This document shows, one piece after another, positions 35,442 to 38,760 of a stretch of 38,760 bases of DNA (positions are counted from its first letter, which is position 1; each line of letters opens with the position of its first letter). A program made the position numbers and the translations under genes. Source of the stretch: Vitrella brassicaformis CCMP3155. Its lineage: Eukaryota; Protista; Chromerida. The notes below the pieces were generated by a model. The model searched no databases, was not told where the DNA came from, and saw only the letters and a list, made by a program, of their open reading frames with translations. The stretch is taken from NCBI GenBank assembly GCA_001179505.1, contig CDMY01000632.1, forward strand, positions 1 to 38,760, written 5' to 3'.

Positions 35442-36379
35442 ATGGGTACACCGCTCGTGAGCCGAGGTGAGCGACTGTCAGTGCCTTACGGCGACTTCAT
35501 CTCGAAACTGTACATCGGATCACGCGATGACGCCAAGAACCTTCAGGCGCTGCAAGCCAATCGAATCAGGTAGGAGGGAGGCTCGGGAGGGCAGGTGGGA
35601 AGGATCTGACAGGCAAATCGAGCTCTCAGATGACGTGTGTGTTTTTTCCTGTCCTTCCTTTCTGCTATCTATCTTGTTCGTTCAGGTATGTGCTCAACTG
35701 CACGCCCAGCAAGAACGATGGCGGTGTGGCCAACTTCCATGAGGCTCGGCGCGACGCCTTCGAGTACTTCCGCTGTCCGCTCCAGGACAACCCCTCGCAG
35801 AGCCTAAAGGGCCACCTGGACGACGCATTCGCCTTCCTGCACAAGGCACGCATCCGCGAGGACGGCAACGTGCTCATCCACTGCAACAAAGGCGAGAGCC
35901 GCTCCGTCGCCATCGCCATCGCATTCCTCATGACGCAGAGCAACATGTCCTACGACGACGCCCTCGGCCTCGTCCGCAAGGCGAGACCGCAGGCCAAGGT
36001 CAACGACGCATTCGTCCCGCAGCTACAGCAACTGGCCCAGGACAGCGGGGCGGAGAACGGGGTGGCGTCCCAGTCCGGCGACAGGGATGGGCAGAAGGTG
36101 ACGAGCGAACCTGAGCCCAAGAGGAGGCGGATCGGTCCAACCATGCCCACAGGGAGGACGATTGGCCCCACCATGCCGCCGCAAAGAGCTGCCGACAAGA
36201 AGGACGAGGCACAAGGGGAGGAGAGCAGGCCCGCGCCAGGCGCATTCGCTGGTCCTCCAGAAGCTCCGCCAGATCGAGCTGCTGCAGATGGAGGCGAGGA
36301 GAGGGCTGACGAGGGAGGAGAGGGGGGGCAGGAGGGGGCCAGCACAGAAGAGCCAGGCGCAGTGAGAGTTGGCATATGA
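35442..36379 (+). CDS. Atypical dual-specificity protein phosphatase with acidic/Pro-rich tail
   Basis: KLYIGSRDDAKNLQALQANRIR|YVLNCT..PLQDNP..VLIHCNKGESRSVAIAIAFLM..ALGLVRKARP..NDAFVPQL; intact HCX5RS loop. One intron at ~35570-35686; stop at 36379. Confidence 0.93.
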
Positions 36380-36523
36380 ATAAATGAGATGGGTGAGTGA
36401 GAAAGGCCGTGGCCATGTGAATCGCAGCACCCAGTGGGGTGGGTGTTTTGGTGTACAGCATTTCTTTGCATCTTGGTACAATACAGGTCATGTGCGTGGG
36501 ACAGAGAGATTAAAGGGGGGGGG

Positions 36524-36823
36524 NNNNNNNNNNNNNNNNNNNNNNNNNNNNNNNNNNNNNNNNNNNNNNNNNNNNNNNNNNNNNNNNNNNNNNNNNNNNN
36601 NNNNNNNNNNNNNNNNNNNNNNNNNNNNNNNNNNNNNNNNNNNNNNNNNNNNNNNNNNNNNNNNNNNNNNNNNNNNNNNNNNNNNNNNNNNNNNNNNNNN
36701 NNNNNNNNNNNNNNNNNNNNNNNNNNNNNNNNNNNNNNNNNNNNNNNNNNNNNNNNNNNNNNNNNNNNNNNNNNNNNNNNNNNNNNNNNNNNNNNNNNNN
36801 NNNNNNNNNNNNNNNNNNNNNNN
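36524..36823. other. Assembly gap (300 N) flanked by poly-G runs
   Basis: Run of N between G homopolymers, in intergenic sequence. Confidence 0.99.
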
Positions 36824-37377
36824 GGGGGCGATTACTGCTGTCTTGGAAGCATACCAGTGCGTGCAGTAAGTCATGTGATGGTTTGTCGTCGCGTTCCCTG
36901 CCTCACTGTTTTGTTTGCTGGGTTGACCTCCTTGTCCAAGAAAGGAGCCTCTCCTGGAACAGGAGGTGAGCCGTGGCTTTCTCAAGACACACACAGGCAC
37001 TCACTTACAGCACGACAACGTGTTCTGCTGGATTCCACTACATGCGAGTGATGGATTGCCTTCCTTGATGCACCCACCCACCTGTATGACTTGATTGCTT
37101 TCGCTAAGCGATAGAATGAATGATGACTGACGAATTAACCAACCACAAAAAGACGCGTACATAATTGAAGCCCACACACATACACAACACGTGTCTGTCT
37201 GTCGATCTGTACAAAGACAGGCAGGCACACGGTGTCTTGTCTTCACTCACTACCACACATCGACATCTGACAAATGACGGATGCTCTATCAGCCACCAGC
37301 CGTATCGTATACACACACACATAACTGGCAGCCTGCCTTCTCATCAAAAAGTCGCCCCAAGTCGCCCCTCTCATGGC

Positions 37378-38148
37378 TTATGAGAACCCCACGTCAAAAG
37401 AGTGCCCGCAGCTGCACGTCGTGGATGCAGACTTGTTGCCTTTTACCTGTCAAGAGCACATACATGCCATGGCATACATCCAAACGCGCACGAATAAATA
37501 AAGGGGGCAGACAGACAGACAGACCTGGAAGGACGCTCTGATCATCTCCTCGACGTAGTCGATCTGGCAGTCCTCCAGAAAGGCCAGAGATACGTCGTCT
37601 ATCAGGAGCTTGCAGCCGTCCTGCTGCAACACTCTGAACGAACGCGGAAGGAACAATACACACACAACGACATGACACACCGTGTCAGTCAACGTGACTG
37701 ACGGACACGCGTATTGTCTTATCGAAAGCTTAGCTTACATGTCATTCTCTTGTTGCTTGTCTTCGATGGTGAAGTCGTATTGAAACCCCGAGCACCCGCC
37801 GCTGTTGACCTGCAGCCGCAACAGCTGGGGCCTCGCCGCCTTGGCGGACAACTCATGCAGCCTCTATCATAGAACCGCCGGACAAAGCAAAAGATATGGA
37901 TGAGAATGACACAGAGCACGGCTGGCTCATCTGATCTCATCCTCCCTACCCACCTTGATGGCTGATTGCGTGAGCTGCACCTTCCCTTCCAACGAGTAAC
38001 TTGACGAAGGCGGTGCTGATGTGGCATTGCTGGATGCCTCGCTGCCGAATGCACGCCATCTCGTCATGGGCATCAGAGGAGCACTGCGGGAGAGCCGCAA
38101 ACAAGCGAAACGCCGCCCGATGCGACGAAGAGCATCCAGAGATGCCAT
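37378..38148 (-). CDS. ISCA2: Mitochondrial iron-sulfur cluster assembly protein IscA2/Isa2 (HesB family), 4 exons
   Basis: Arg-rich presequence MASLDALRRIGRRFACLRLSRS, then VQLTQSAIK|RLHEL..LRLQVNSGGCSGFQYDF|..IDDVSLAFLEDCQIDYVEEMIRASFQ|VKGNKSASTTCSCGHSFDVGFS*. All three conserved Cys are present. Confidence 0.95.
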
Positions 38149-38760
38149 CAAGTCGGCGTCTTCGTTGGATTTTGTGCTTGATCCAATGATGGAGAGCGCG
38201 TCACGGCAATGTTAGGCACAAAGGGCTCCTTCTCAAGGGAAAGCTCGCAATTGCGAGCTCAGGATATTTCTGACTGATGGGTTCGGAATTCCAAGTAAAG
38301 GGCCCCCGCAAGCGGGTGCCCTTAGAGCCGCGAATCGGGCGGGGAAGGCGGCAGTGGTGCTTGCAGTGGCAGTACGATGATGAGTGGCACGAGTGGCTCC
38401 AATGGCCGTCGAGAGGTATCATCGCTTCATCTCATATATGGTCAGGTCCGCAATGAGCTCAGTGAATTCTGTGGCGTGTCAAGTGCAGGAAGGAACTCGC
38501 TAGGATTACACTCATGCCGACAGGCAGGCGAGTGAGACACGGGGTCAGTCCGAGAGAGCATGGAGTATACGTGTGAAGTATGTGTGTGAAGGATGTATGT
38601 GTCATGTGCATCTTACGATGTGCCCTCCCAACTCACACTAATGATATACCCACACAATAATTCATGATGGGATGGATTGAAACATAACATATCCATGTAC
38701 ACGTGCACACATGCAGGGGCACACAGTCATACGTCACACAGTCAATACGTCTTAGCTTGC

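Noticed and set aside
20490-38148. Nitrobindin plus ISCA2 as a heme/Fe-S or nitrosative-stress module
   Set aside because: They are about 16 kb apart with unrelated genes between and no shared regulatory motif seen.

Overview
Intron-rich eukaryotic genomic DNA: short GT-AG introns, many (GT)n/(TCTG)n/(CA)n microsatellites and two 300-N scaffold gaps. The gene style and lineage-specific F-box/LRR-like genes suggest an alveolate, probably the chromerid Vitrella brassicaformis (inference, not verified). The ORF track mostly shows exon fragments or noise, so I rebuilt genes by hand-splicing; CDS coordinates are gene spans including introns. About 13 genes in order: secreted type II L-asparaginase (+), FHA-coiled coil-RING-ubiquitin-like protein (+), Unkempt-like tandem CCCH protein (-), CDC40/PRP17 (+), lineage-specific F-box-like protein (+), nitrobindin (-), small Ser-rich orphan (+), lineage-specific hypothetical (-), Sec20 SNARE (-), F-box/LRR-like protein (+), ERD2-family receptor (-), dual-specificity phosphatase (+), ISCA2 (-). 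I found no tRNA, rRNA, CRISPR array or transposase. Best leads: (1) one protein joining an MDC1-like TQ+FHA head to a RING and a terminal ubiquitin-like domain; (2) telomere-like (telo-box) motifs at promoters, including an exact 20-mer shared by two; (3) introns with 5' CA-rich and 3' TG-rich halves that could pair; (4) a secreted asparaginase and a possibly organelle-targeted nitrobindin.
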